From assembly GCA_964499855.1 (NCBI GenBank), contig CAZCPU010000001.1, positions 1 to 54,845 of the forward strand: a stretch of DNA of 54,845 nt, given 5' to 3'. The notes below the pieces were generated by a model. It saw nothing but the letters and a program-made list of their open reading frames with translations, was not told where the DNA came from and did no database searches. The position numbers and the translations under genes were made by a program. The stretch comes from an uncultured Dehalococcoidia bacterium (GTDB lineage Bacteria > Chloroflexota > Dehalococcoidia > Lucifugimonadales > UBA1127). Position 1 is the stretch's first letter, and the number at the start of each line of letters is the position of its first letter. Below are positions 29,355 to 38,664 of this stretch, in pieces.

Positions 29355-30434
29355 ATGCACCGGACTCCACTCCATGAGGCGCAGGAAAGGCTCGGCGGGA
29401 CGTTTCGGGACGTGGCGGGCTGGGCCGTCGCCGCGGGTTTCGGCAACACTGAGGCGGAGTACGATGCGGCGCGCACGAGTGCAGCCATCGCCGATGCATC
29501 CCATCTTGGACGCATCATTGCCCGCGGCAATGACACCCTCGACCTGCTGAACCGTCTGAGCACGAACCTCGTCGATCCGCTGCCGGAGGGAGCGGGCCAA
29601 ACAACCGTCATCACCAACGGCAAGGGCCGCGTCCTCGATTGGATCACCGTCCTCCCATGGGGAGAGCACTTTCTACTGCTCACATCGCCAGAGCGGCGGG
29701 AGGAGGTGGCCTCGTGGATAGACATGTTCACCTTCGAGGAGGACACCACGCTGCAGGACGTGACGGAAGCATCCGCGATGGTCTCCCTCCTCGGGCCGTC
29801 CGCTGAGACCGTAGTGGAGAATCTCCTCGGGATCCCGCTCACCACCCTCCCGCCCCTCGGAGTAATCGGAGCACGCTGGCAGGCCGGCGAGGCGCTCGTC
29901 GCGAGGAGATCACTGGCCGGCCTGCCTGGATTCGACATAGTCCTGCCCGTCGAGTGCACCGAATCGCTCTGGGACGCAGGGGTTGATCTTGGGGCGACTC
30001 CCATCGGCCTCCAGGCCCTTGAGGCACTACGCATCGAGGCCCGCGAACCGCGCTGGGGAACGGAATTCACCGATGACAACAATCCGCTGGAGGCGGGCCT
30101 CATCAATCAGGTCTCCTGGACGAAGGGATGCTACACAGGCCAGGAGGTTGTCGCGCGGCTGTACAATTACCACCGGATTCAGCGGTTCATGGTCGCCGTT
30201 GGGTTGCCAGACGACGCGGAGTATCCGCCCGGCGTCGTGCTCATGGCCGAGGGCACATCGGTCGGCCGCGTGACGAGCGTCTCGCCCATTGCGCGCGACG
30301 GTGTCCACGAGGCTCTCGCGACGGTCCGGTCGGGCCACGCGGCGGTCGGGAACACGTTGCACGTCGGAGAAAGCGGCCCGGCCGTCCGGATTACGTGGGT
30401 CCCAGAGGAAGCTCAACAGGGCACGGCGGCCTAG
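29355..30434 (+). CDS. folate-binding aminomethyltransferase-family protein (YgfZ/GcvT-like)
   Basis: The GcvT-like N-terminus reads HRTPLHEAQERLGGTFRDVAGWAVAAGF..EYDAARTSAAIADASHLGRI, and KGCYTGQEVVARL is present. Confidence 0.75.
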   Translation: MHRTPLHEAQERLGGTFRDVAGWAVAAGFGNTEAEYDAARTSAAIADASHLGRIIARGNDTLDLLNRLSTNLVDPLPEGAGQTTVITNGKGRVLDWITVLPWGEHFLLLTSPERREEVASWIDMFTFEEDTTLQDVTEASAMVSLLGPSAETVVENLLGIPLTTLPPLGVIGARWQAGEALVARRSLAGLPGFDIVLPVECTESLWDAGVDLGATPIGLQALEALRIEAREPRWGTEFTDDNNPLEAGLINQVSWTKGCYTGQEVVARLYNYHRIQRFMVAVGLPDDAEYPPGVVLMAEGTSVGRVTSVSPIARDGVHEALATVRSGHAAVGNTLHVGESGPAVRITWVPEEAQQGTAA

Positions 30435-30461
30435 CCGCGACATTAGCATTGGAGGGCTAGC

Positions 30462-32789
30462 ATGGCATCGAACGGACACGGCAACGGCAACTACTCCAAC
30501 GGTTACAGCGTGGTGGGCACCCGGCCCGTACGCCATGACGGCGTCGACAAAGTCACCGGCAACGCTCGCTTCAGCGCCGACGTGAACATGCCGGGGCTGC
30601 TCTACGGCAAGGTCCTACGCAGCCCTCATACCCATGCCGTCATCAAGTCGATCGACACCACCCGCGCCGAGGCCCACCCCGGAGTCCGGGCCGTCATGAC
30701 GGCCAAGGACCTCCCACAAATGTCCGGGCTTGTTGAGGACCTTGTTGAGGGCTCCCTCCACAACTTCCGGTTCCTCAGCAACAACGTCATGGCACTGGAC
30801 AAGGCGCTCTACAAGGGGCACGCCATCGCCGCGGTCGCTGCTACGAGCGCCGCAGCCGCGGAGCAGGCCCTCGAGCTCATCGACGTAGACTACGAGGCGC
30901 TCCCCCCGGTCACCGACGCCCGGGAGGCGATGAAGCCCGGGGCGCCCATCCTGCACCCGCGTCTCCAAACGATGGAGACCGCCTATATCCGAGCCGGCGG
31001 GTATCGCGCAGAGGATGAGGAGGGGGAGCAGACCAACGTGGCCAATCGGTTCGAGTTCAGCATGGGTGACCTCGAGGCAGGGTTCGGGGAGGCAGACGCG
31101 ATCGTCGAGCGCGAGGTCCACACGTCGCCCGTGCACCAGGGATACATCGAGCCCCACGCCGCGACAGCCCACTGGGGGCCCGACGGCAAGCTCACCATCT
31201 GGTCCAGCAGCCAGGGCCATTTCATGGTACGCGAGCAGACGTCCCGCCTCCTGAACATTCCCATTTCCAGTGTGCGGGCGATTCCCATGGAGATCGGCGG
31301 CGGCTTTGGCGGCAAGCTGTTGGTGTACTTGGAGCCTGTAGCCGCCATCCTGTCCCGCAAGGCCGGCCACCCCGTTAAACTGCAAATGAACCGCACCGAG
31401 GTCCTTGAGGCCACGGGCCCCACGGCAGGAGCGCACATCCGCGTCAAGATGGGCGCCACCCGCGAGGGGAAAATCACCGCCGCAGAGGCCCACCTCGTCT
31501 ACGAGGCCGGCGCATACCCGGGCTCGCCGGTTTCCGGGGGGTGCCAGTGCATGTTCTCACCGTACGTCATTCCCAACGGCTACATCGAGGGCATCGACGT
31601 CGTGGTGAACCGCCCCAAGAGTGCGGCGTACCGGGCACCCGGCGTCCCGGCGGCGGCGTTCGCAGTCGAGACCGTCGTCGACGAGCTGTGCGAGAAGATC
31701 GGAATGGACCCGCTGCAGTTCCGCCTCATCAACGCCGCTCGCGAGGGCGAACGCCGGTTGACGGGACCGGCGTTTGGCAGCGTCGGTATGACAGACACAG
31801 TCGCCGCCGTGCAGGCGCACGACCACTACAACTCGGCGCTTGAAGGCAAGTGGCGCGGCCGCGGCGTGGCGGCGGGTTTCTGGGGCAACGGCACCGGACC
31901 GTCGACCGCAACCGCCAGCGTCAACCCCGACGGCACGGTGAGTCTCGTCGAGGGCTCACCCGACATCGGCGGCACCCGCGCCTCCGCGTCCATGCACCTC
32001 GCCGAGCAGCTCGGCATCCCGGCCGAGGACGTGAAGCCCACCATCGGCGACACGGATTCCATCGGCTACACCTCCAACACCGGCGGAAGCTCCGTCACCT
32101 TCAAGACGGGGTGGGCCTGCTACACGGCGGCTGAGGACATCAAACAGCAGATGATCGCCCGCGCCGCCAGGATGTGGGACGTCGCGGTCGAGGACGTGCA
32201 GTACGAGGGGGGTGTGCTCAAGCACCGCACGGACAGCGCGCTGACGAGGACCTTCAAGGAAATGGCGGCGCAGCTCAATGCTACGGGCGGACCCATCACG
32301 GGCAAGGCGTCCGTGAACCCACGCGGGCAGGGGGCCTGTTTTGCCGTCCACGTCGTTGACGTCGAAGTTGACCCCGAGACGGGCAAGGTGGAGATCCTCC
32401 GGTACACGGCCGCGCAGGACGTGGGCCAGCCCATCCACCCGAGCTACGTAGAGGGCCAGATCCAAGGCGGCGTGGTCCAAGGGATCGGCTGGGCGTTGAA
32501 CGAGGAGTACTACCTTGACGCCGAGGGCCGTATGGCAAACTCCAGCTTCCTCGACTACCGGATGCCCATCGCCCTCGACGTGCCGCTGGTGGAGACGCTG
32601 CTAGTGACGGTGCCCAGCCCGGGCCACCCCTACGGTGCGCGCGGTGTCGGCGAGGTGCCCATCGTGCCGCCGCCGGCCGCGGTGGCCAACGCTATCCACA
32701 ACGCCATTGGCGTGCGAATGATGGACCTGCCGATGTCGCCGGGAAGGGTGCAGAAGGCCATCGCGGAGAGCGGCGCAGCCGTCGCCTAG
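30462..32789 (+). CDS. xanthine dehydrogenase/aldehyde oxidase family molybdopterin-binding (large) subunit
   Basis: VGTRPVRHDGVDKVTGNARFSADV, GGGFGGK and a C-terminal GVGE are present in a 775 aa protein. Confidence 0.9.
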   Translation: MASNGHGNGNYSNGYSVVGTRPVRHDGVDKVTGNARFSADVNMPGLLYGKVLRSPHTHAVIKSIDTTRAEAHPGVRAVMTAKDLPQMSGLVEDLVEGSLHNFRFLSNNVMALDKALYKGHAIAAVAATSAAAAEQALELIDVDYEALPPVTDAREAMKPGAPILHPRLQTMETAYIRAGGYRAEDEEGEQTNVANRFEFSMGDLEAGFGEADAIVEREVHTSPVHQGYIEPHAATAHWGPDGKLTIWSSSQGHFMVREQTSRLLNIPISSVRAIPMEIGGGFGGKLLVYLEPVAAILSRKAGHPVKLQMNRTEVLEATGPTAGAHIRVKMGATREGKITAAEAHLVYEAGAYPGSPVSGGCQCMFSPYVIPNGYIEGIDVVVNRPKSAAYRAPGVPAAAFAVETVVDELCEKIGMDPLQFRLINAAREGERRLTGPAFGSVGMTDTVAAVQAHDHYNSALEGKWRGRGVAAGFWGNGTGPSTATASVNPDGTVSLVEGSPDIGGTRASASMHLAEQLGIPAEDVKPTIGDTDSIGYTSNTGGSSVTFKTGWACYTAAEDIKQQMIARAARMWDVAVEDVQYEGGVLKHRTDSALTRTFKEMAAQLNATGGPITGKASVNPRGQGACFAVHVVDVEVDPETGKVEILRYTAAQDVGQPIHPSYVEGQIQGGVVQGIGWALNEEYYLDAEGRMANSSFLDYRMPIALDVPLVETLLVTVPSPGHPYGARGVGEVPIVPPPAAVANAIHNAIGVRMMDLPMSPGRVQKAIAESGAAVA

Positions 32790-33556
32790 AGCGTCAGCGA
32801 CATTCCGCCGTCAACGACGAGCACCTGGCCACGGATCATCGCGGCTGCGTCGCTGCACAGGAAGGCCACGGCCTTGGCGAGGTCCTCGGCCGTCAACAGC
32901 TCGCCGCCTGGCGTTTTCGACCGCGCACTGGCCAGCATGTCGTCGCGATTGGGGAAGTGCTGGAGCGCGTCCGTCTGCACGTAGCCGCCGGACACCGCGT
33001 TCACGGTGATGCCTCGCGGCGCAAGCTCGACGGCCATGTAGCGCGTGACCGCTTCCAGCCCAGCCTTGGACACTCCAACCGACAAGTAGTTGGGGAAGAC
33101 GCGACCGGAACCCAGGCTGCTGATGTTCACCACGCGCCCACCCTCGCGCATCAGCGGGACGGCCTCCTTTGTACACAGCCATGGAGCCTTTGTATTGATG
33201 TTCAGCGTCCAGTCCCAGTGCTTCTCCTCGAGATCCAGTCCCGGCCGATTGACGCCCGATGCCGCATTGTTGATGAGGAAGTCCAACCGCCCAAAGTGGT
33301 CGCGCACGGCGCTCATGAGCTTGCGTACCTGCGCCGGCTCGGCCAGGTGGGCTGCCACACGGATGCACTGAACGCCGAGCGCCTCGATCTCCTGCTGCGC
33401 GGCGCGCGCCTCAGCGTGGTTTCGGAAGTAGTTGACGACGATGTCGGCACCGAGCGTGGCAAGCTCACGAGCGATGACTCTGCCAATCCCCCGCGATGCG
33501 CCGGTGACGAGCGCAACTCGCCCAGCGAATGGCCTATTGCGTTCGGAAGTGGTCAT
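32786..33556 (-). CDS. fabL: enoyl-[acyl-carrier-protein] reductase, FabL-like SDR
   Basis: The sequence resembles B. subtilis FabL as I recall it along its whole length: LVTGASRGIG, INNAASGV.RP...EE.HWDWT.NIN.KA, VGVSKA.LEA.TRY.AVEL, NAVSGG...TDAL.HFPNR and MIRGQ...VDGG.SL. Confidence 0.75.
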   Translation of the reverse strand: MTTSERNRPFAGRVALVTGASRGIGRVIARELATLGADIVVNYFRNHAEARAAQQEIEALGVQCIRVAAHLAEPAQVRKLMSAVRDHFGRLDFLINNAASGVNRPGLDLEEKHWDWTLNINTKAPWLCTKEAVPLMREGGRVVNISSLGSGRVFPNYLSVGVSKAGLEAVTRYMAVELAPRGITVNAVSGGYVQTDALQHFPNRDDMLASARSKTPGGELLTAEDLAKAVAFLCSDAAAMIRGQVLVVDGGMSLTL

Positions 33557-33563
33557 ACCGGTC

Positions 33564-34310
33564 TTAGGAGATCACGAGGCCGCCATCTACGGCGATGGCC
33601 TGCCCTGTGATGTAGCTCGCGGCGTCAGAGGCGAGGAAACCGACCATGCCCGCAATCTCTTCCGGCTGCCCAAAGCGGCCCACGGGCACGCGGTCCATGA
33701 TGTACTGCTTGAGCTCCTGCGGCAGATCCTCCACGATGTCCGTCTCGACATACCCGGGCGCCACGCAGTTGACAGTGACGTTGCGCGAGGCCACTTCCTT
33801 CGCCACGCTCTGCGTGAACCCGACAAGACCGGCCTTGGCGGCGGCGTAGTTCGCCTGTCCGGGGTTGCCGCGCAGGCCAACCACGGAGCCGATGTTGATG
33901 ACCCGGCCCCACCGGCCGCGCACCATCGTTCGGATGCCCGCCCGTGTGCAGAGGAAAACGCTCCGAAGGTCGAGGTTGACCACGCTGTCCCAATCGTCGT
34001 CTGACATGCGCATCAGCAGAGAGTCCTTGATGATGCCGGCGTTGTTCACCAGCACCTCGACGGGGCCAAAGGCCTCCGCGGCCTGGGTGAACAGCCGCTC
34101 CACATCATCGCCCTGCGTCACGTCGGCCTGCAATGCCACGGCCTTCGAGCCGGCCTCTGCAACGCGCTGCAGGACCTCTTCGGCCGCATCCCCGTTGCTG
34201 ACATAGTTCACGACGATGCGCATGCCCTGCGAGGCGAGTTGAAGCGCAATCGCCCTGCCAATCCCTCGTGACCCCCCAGTAATCAGCGCTACCCGGCCGT
34301 CTGCTGACAA
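33564..34310 (-). CDS. fabG: 3-oxoacyl-[ACP] reductase
   Basis: ALITGGSRGIGRAIA, NNAGI and NYAAAKAG are present in a 248 aa protein. Confidence 0.85.
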   Translation of the reverse strand: MSADGRVALITGGSRGIGRAIALQLASQGMRIVVNYVSNGDAAEEVLQRVAEAGSKAVALQADVTQGDDVERLFTQAAEAFGPVEVLVNNAGIIKDSLLMRMSDDDWDSVVNLDLRSVFLCTRAGIRTMVRGRWGRVINIGSVVGLRGNPGQANYAAAKAGLVGFTQSVAKEVASRNVTVNCVAPGYVETDIVEDLPQELKQYIMDRVPVGRFGQPEEIAGMVGFLASDAASYITGQAIAVDGGLVIS

Positions 34311-34329
34311 GCTCGTTCTCCAGTCTTTC

Positions 34330-35358
34330 CTAGCCTGCGGTGCGCGCCCGCAGTGTGTTCAGTTCCTCTTCCATCTTTGCGGCCAAGCCTGTCTCGCACA
34401 CTCGGACGGCGGTGTTCACCGCTCGCGCGATGCCGTGGCTCTTCGCGCGCCCGTGCCCGACGATGACGTTCCCCTTGACTCCGAAGAGCGGCCCGCCGCC
34501 GTTGTATTCCGTGCGGTTCAGCAGGTCGTAGACGTCCTGGCTGATAGCCGTGGCGTCCGCCTCGGATAGATGCGAGGCCAGCCGGTCCTTCACATAACGC
34601 GAGATGTCCACTCCAAGTCCCTCGACCGTCTTGAGCAGGATGTTGCCCACGAAACCGTCGCACACAATGACGTCGGCCTTGTCGCCGCCCAGATCGTGTC
34701 CCTCAAGGTTTCCGACAAAATTGAGCCCGCTGGCCTGGAAGAGGGGGAAAGCCTCCTTTGACTGCCGGTTTCCCTTGCCCTCCTCCGTGCCCACGCTCAA
34801 GATGCCGACTCGCGGGTCTGCGACCTCCAGGTAGGTGCGGCTGAATGCGACGCCCAGGGCCGCAAAGTCCACCAACTGCGACGGCCGGCAGTCAATGCTG
34901 CTGCCAAGTTCCATGAATACGGTCGTGGGAGCGTAGCCGAGGATGGGCCCACCGAGCGCAGGGCGCTCGAGCCCCTCCATCATGCCGAGCAGCAGCGCGC
35001 TCGCAGCCATAGCCGCGCCGGTGGAACCCATCGTGACAAAGGCGTCGGCCATTCCTTCCTTCACCATGCCAACCCCTACGACTGCCGAGGCCTTCGGCTT
35101 GGCGCGCAGGGCCTGCAGGGGCGACTCGCTGTCCAGGATCACACCCTCTGAGGGCACGAGCTTGATGGGCAGCCCTCCGCCGCCCAGACGCTCAATTTCC
35201 GGCTGCACGGCGTCGGCGTCGCCTACGAGCAGCACGGCCACGCGGCCCCGTCCCTCAGAGACGGCGGCGATGGCGGCTGCTACCGTCTCCTGCGGGCCGT
35301 AGTCACCGCCCATCGCATCCAACGCAATACGCAGGGGTTGTCCAGGTGAATTCGTCAT
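34330..35358 (-). CDS. plsX: phosphate acyltransferase PlsX
   Basis: The internal ATG at 35358 gives MTNSPGQPLRIALDAMGGDYGPQ (the canonical PlsX N-terminus). A GAGGAG SD lies upstream. Confidence 0.9.
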   Translation of the reverse strand: MTNSPGQPLRIALDAMGGDYGPQETVAAAIAAVSEGRGRVAVLLVGDADAVQPEIERLGGGGLPIKLVPSEGVILDSESPLQALRAKPKASAVVGVGMVKEGMADAFVTMGSTGAAMAASALLLGMMEGLERPALGGPILGYAPTTVFMELGSSIDCRPSQLVDFAALGVAFSRTYLEVADPRVGILSVGTEEGKGNRQSKEAFPLFQASGLNFVGNLEGHDLGGDKADVIVCDGFVGNILLKTVEGLGVDISRYVKDRLASHLSEADATAISQDVYDLLNRTEYNGGGPLFGVKGNVIVGHGRAKSHGIARAVNTAVRVCETGLAAKMEEELNTLRARTAG

Positions 35359-35404
35359 CGGCTCCTCGAGCAGCAGGCGGCCCTGCCAAGTCAATGATGC
35401 GCGG

Positions 35405-35434
35405 ATTATACGAAGGAGAGGTATGGAAAAGCAA
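35405..35434 (-). promoter_or_regulatory. candidate promoter for plsX-fabG-fabL
   Basis: The minus strand reads TTGCTT (35434-35429), an 18 nt spacer, then TATAAT (35410-35405). Confidence 0.5.
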
Positions 35435-35516
35435 GAACGGACGCCAGGGACTGCGCGGCGACACCCTGGACGCCGTGCGGCGCAGGCGGGGTTGCACGTG
35501 ACCTAGAGGGCTCGTC

Positions 35517-36800
35517 CTACGCCGAGGCTCGCTCCAGCGCCTGCTGCGTCGTGACGCCGACGATTCGGATCTGGCGCAGCAACAGCACGGACAACGCCAC
35601 CACCGCGACGACGCCACCGCCAAGCCCAACGGCAAACTGCGGGCTCACCCAGTCGGCCACGAGACCGGCTTGAAGTCCGCCAAGAGGGAGCATGCTCCAG
35701 GTGAGGCTGAAGATGCTGAACACGCGTCCTCGAAGCTGGTCCGGCACGAGGGCCTGCAGCGATGTTTGCACCATGACCATGTAGAAGGTGGTCGCAGCAC
35801 CGCCGATGAAGAGCATGGCCAGTGAGAGCAGATAGTCCGTCGAAACTGCGAACACGATGACCGTCGCGCCGAAAACCACCGCACCGCCCACGAGCCACAG
35901 CCCCTTGTTGCGAGACTTGCTCATCGCAGCGGCCACCAACGCCATCACGATGGCCCCGACGCCCGCAACGGAGTGCATTTGCCCGAGACCCTCGGCGCCG
36001 ACGTTCAGAATGTCGGTCGCGAAGATGGGCATCAGAATAATGAAGGACATGCCGAAGAAGCTGTTGAGGAAGGTCAGCCCAATAAGCGCGGCGAAGACCT
36101 GGTTCTTGACCACGAACCCGATGCCTTCAATGAGGTTTCGCACCATGCTTCCGCGCGCCGCCCTGGGGATGGGCGGCACCCGCACCAGCGTCATCGCCGT
36201 TGCCATGAAGACAAAGCCGGCCGCCGCGAGGAACAGCGCCGGCGCCGCACCGACACCGGCGATCAGCGCGCCCGCGACCAGGGGGCCAACCACGCGCGTC
36301 CCCTGCCACACGATGGAATTGAGCGCGACGGCGTTCATCAGGTCCTTGCGCTCGATGAGGTGCGGGTACAGCGCCTGCCGTGCAGGATTGTCGAATGCCT
36401 GCGCCCCCGCGATGAGGAAGGAAAGCAGGAGCAGGTTCCAGACCGTGGCCTGGTCCATGGTGACAATAACGCCCATTACGGTCAGAAGCACGGCGATGGT
36501 CAACGACACCAGAATGATCAGCAGCCGCTGGTCGAAACGGTCGGCGATGACGCCACCGTAGAGGTTGAGGAGCACCGTCGGCACGGCCGTGGCCCCGCCA
36601 AGCCACGCGAGAGCCTTCGGGTCGCCCGTGATATCCCAGATAAGCCATCCCTGGATAACAAGGAGCATCTGGAAACCGGTGACGGAAAAGAGGAGCCCGG
36701 TGAAGTAGAGGCGGTAGTTGCGATGGTGCAGCGCGGAGGTAACGGTTGCGAGACGCTCTTTGAGGGTGGGTTTCTGTTCAGGCGTGGTCTGGGCTTCCAT
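35517..36800 (-). CDS. MFS transporter
   Basis: I chose the internal ATG at 36800 (MEAQTTPEQKPTLKERLATVTSALHHRNYRLYFTG). The protein is polytopic. Confidence 0.75.
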   Translation of the reverse strand: MEAQTTPEQKPTLKERLATVTSALHHRNYRLYFTGLLFSVTGFQMLLVIQGWLIWDITGDPKALAWLGGATAVPTVLLNLYGGVIADRFDQRLLIILVSLTIAVLLTVMGVIVTMDQATVWNLLLLSFLIAGAQAFDNPARQALYPHLIERKDLMNAVALNSIVWQGTRVVGPLVAGALIAGVGAAPALFLAAAGFVFMATAMTLVRVPPIPRAARGSMVRNLIEGIGFVVKNQVFAALIGLTFLNSFFGMSFIILMPIFATDILNVGAEGLGQMHSVAGVGAIVMALVAAAMSKSRNKGLWLVGGAVVFGATVIVFAVSTDYLLSLAMLFIGGAATTFYMVMVQTSLQALVPDQLRGRVFSIFSLTWSMLPLGGLQAGLVADWVSPQFAVGLGGGVVAVVALSVLLLRQIRIVGVTTQQALERASA

Positions 36801-36841
36801 CGATGATGTCTCGCGCCAACGCCCGGTGGGTGTAGGGCCGG

Positions 36842-37516
36842 CTACGTTGCCGTCGCGTCCGTCCCTGGCTGGGCGTTCCTCCCGTAGACGCCATGATAGC
36901 GTTCGGGAAGGCAAGCGGCAATGCGCAACATTACACTGTCCATCAGGTCCTTGAGCCGGTCCGGCTCGATCCTGCCCTTCACCTCGGGCAGCGTGAACGG
37001 CTCGCCAATGGTCACGGTGATGTTCCCCGTCGGCACGGCGACGCGCCAGATTGGCCCGACGCTCTCCGACCCCGCAATGCCCACCGGCAGGATGGGCGTC
37101 TGTGTCTTCACCGCCATGAGCGCGACCCCGGGAACGCCCTCCCGCATGCCGCCCTCCCGATTCCGGTGCGACTCTGGAAACACGACGACAGCCCGGTCCT
37201 CACGCAGCAGCTTGCGTATCCACAGCAATGCCTCGATGTCCTTGCCCTGATCCTCCGGGTTCAGCGCATATGCGCCGTACGTCCGGAGGAAGGCCCCAAT
37301 CATCGGCTTGAAGAGGCCGCGCTTGGCGATGAAATTCAGCCGCCTTGGCAAGCTCGCGCCCAGCAGCGGCGGGTCCAGGTTGCTCATGTGGTTGGCCGCC
37401 ACCAGCAGCGGCCCCGTCATGGGCACGTTCTCCCTGCCCGTGACAGTCCAGTTTGCGAACAGCCGAAGGGCTCCCCGCATCATCGCGTTGGAAACGGCGT
37501 ATGTCTTATCAGGCAT
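36842..37516 (-). CDS. plsC: 1-acyl-sn-glycerol-3-phosphate acyltransferase
   Basis: The acyltransferase motifs AANHMSNLDPP and VVFPESHRNREGG are present. The start at 37516 overlaps the end of cmk. Confidence 0.85.
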   Translation of the reverse strand: MPDKTYAVSNAMMRGALRLFANWTVTGRENVPMTGPLLVAANHMSNLDPPLLGASLPRRLNFIAKRGLFKPMIGAFLRTYGAYALNPEDQGKDIEALLWIRKLLREDRAVVVFPESHRNREGGMREGVPGVALMAVKTQTPILPVGIAGSESVGPIWRVAVPTGNITVTIGEPFTLPEVKGRIEPDRLKDLMDSVMLRIAACLPERYHGVYGRNAQPGTDATAT

Positions 37517-38189
37517 TCCGGCTCCGTTCCGCGGCCAGCACCAATACCCTCTCAACGACCTGCTCTATTGTAAGGCTGTCCGTGTCGATGACCACCGCAT
37601 CCTCCGCGGGCCGCAAGGGCGACGCCTCCCGGCTCGAGTCGATGTGGTCGCGCACCCGGAGCGCCTCCTCAACTGCCTGCAGCGAGGTTGCCTTGTCGGT
37701 GCCCATCCGTTCCGCGTGGCGTCGCTTGGCCCGTTCCTCTACGCTCGCGTGCAGGTACGCCTTCACGTCCGCGTCGGCCAACACGACTGTCCCAATGTCG
37801 CGTCCCACCATGACAATGGCGCCGCCTGCGGCGATTTCTTGCTGCTTTGCGACGAGAACGTGCCTTACGCTGGCGACTGCGGCCACCCGAGATACCGAGC
37901 CTTCGACATCAGGCCCGCGCAAATCCTCGGTCACGTCATCGCCGTCCAACAGTACGCGGGCGCCCTCCGGGGCGTCACCCAGCGCGATATCCGACGCTGA
38001 CGCACAGGCCGCGAGGGCATTGTCATCGGAAAGGGAAACACCGCTGCGAAGAGCGGCGAGGGTGACAGCCCGGTACATGGCGCCGCTGTCGAGGAACCGG
38101 AACCCCAACGCGTCCGCGACGCGCCGTCCAACAACGGTCTTTCCAGATGCCACGGGCCCGTCAATGGCGATGGTGGTGACCGTTGGCAC
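37509..38189 (-). CDS. cmk: cytidylate kinase
   Basis: IAIDGPVASGKTVVGRRVADALGFRFLDSGAMYRAVT. Confidence 0.95.
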   Translation of the reverse strand: MPTVTTIAIDGPVASGKTVVGRRVADALGFRFLDSGAMYRAVTLAALRSGVSLSDDNALAACASASDIALGDAPEGARVLLDGDDVTEDLRGPDVEGSVSRVAAVASVRHVLVAKQQEIAAGGAIVMVGRDIGTVVLADADVKAYLHASVEERAKRRHAERMGTDKATSLQAVEEALRVRDHIDSSREASPLRPAEDAVVIDTDSLTIEQVVERVLVLAAERSRNA

Positions 38190-38233
38190 CGTACCTCTTC
38201 CGCGCGAGGGTGGGGGCAGCCAAGACGCCGGTC

Positions 38234-38509
38234 CTATTGCTCGGCGTCCTCCAATCGGGCTTTGACGTCATTGTAGTCCAGCGTGATCATCCGGATGAAC
38301 ACATTCCAGGTCGCCACAGCGCTGACGCCCACGATGAAGGCGAACCAGATTGTGAGGCTCCAGCGCAACTCATCACGGCCTATGTTTGCATCGATGACGG
38401 CCGGGATAGCGCCGAAGACAACGAGAATGGCGAGATTGACAATGGTGAATCTGATCGGGCAACCGGGGCTGTCATGCAGCCAGCGGTGCAGCCTGTAGCG
38501 CCAGCTCAC
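38234..38509 (-). CDS. small hypothetical membrane protein (91 aa)
   Basis: The start is GTG at 38509, preceded by an AAGGAGG SD. Two hydrophobic segments are present (FTIVNLAILVVFGAIPAVI and LTIWFAFIVGVSAVATW). Confidence 0.45.
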   Translation of the reverse strand: MSWRYRLHRWLHDSPGCPIRFTIVNLAILVVFGAIPAVIDANIGRDELRWSLTIWFAFIVGVSAVATWNVFIRMITLDYNDVKARLEDAEQ

Positions 38510-38607
38510 GGATCCTCCTTGCAGCTGTTTTGTCAGTAACAGCCCGTCTCTAGCGAAACAGCATAGCGGACGGAACTCGCGTGGGCAAGCGGAGGGAATG
38601 GCTCTCA

Positions 38608-38637
38608 TTGACACGTCCTTTTGCCGCTTCATACGAT
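38608..38637 (+). promoter_or_regulatory. candidate promoter of the gcvT-H-PA-PB operon
   Basis: TTGACA (38608-38613), an 18 nt spacer, then TACGAT (38632-38637). The leader before the gcvT start is short. Confidence 0.55.
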
Positions 38638-38664
38638 GGAAGCAGCCCGCAATTGGAGCATGCC

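Noticed and set aside
35359-35516. Looked for rpmF (L32) upstream of plsX
   Set aside because: No ORF with the L32 pattern appears in either the plsX-sense frames or elsewhere in the gap. The gap contains a promoter-like site and a weak hairpin only.
38540-38664. Looked for a glycine riboswitch upstream of gcvT
   Set aside because: No GGAGAG...ACCGAAGG-type aptamer motifs are present. The promoter-like site at 38608-38637 leaves only ~25 nt of leader, which is too short for a riboswitch.
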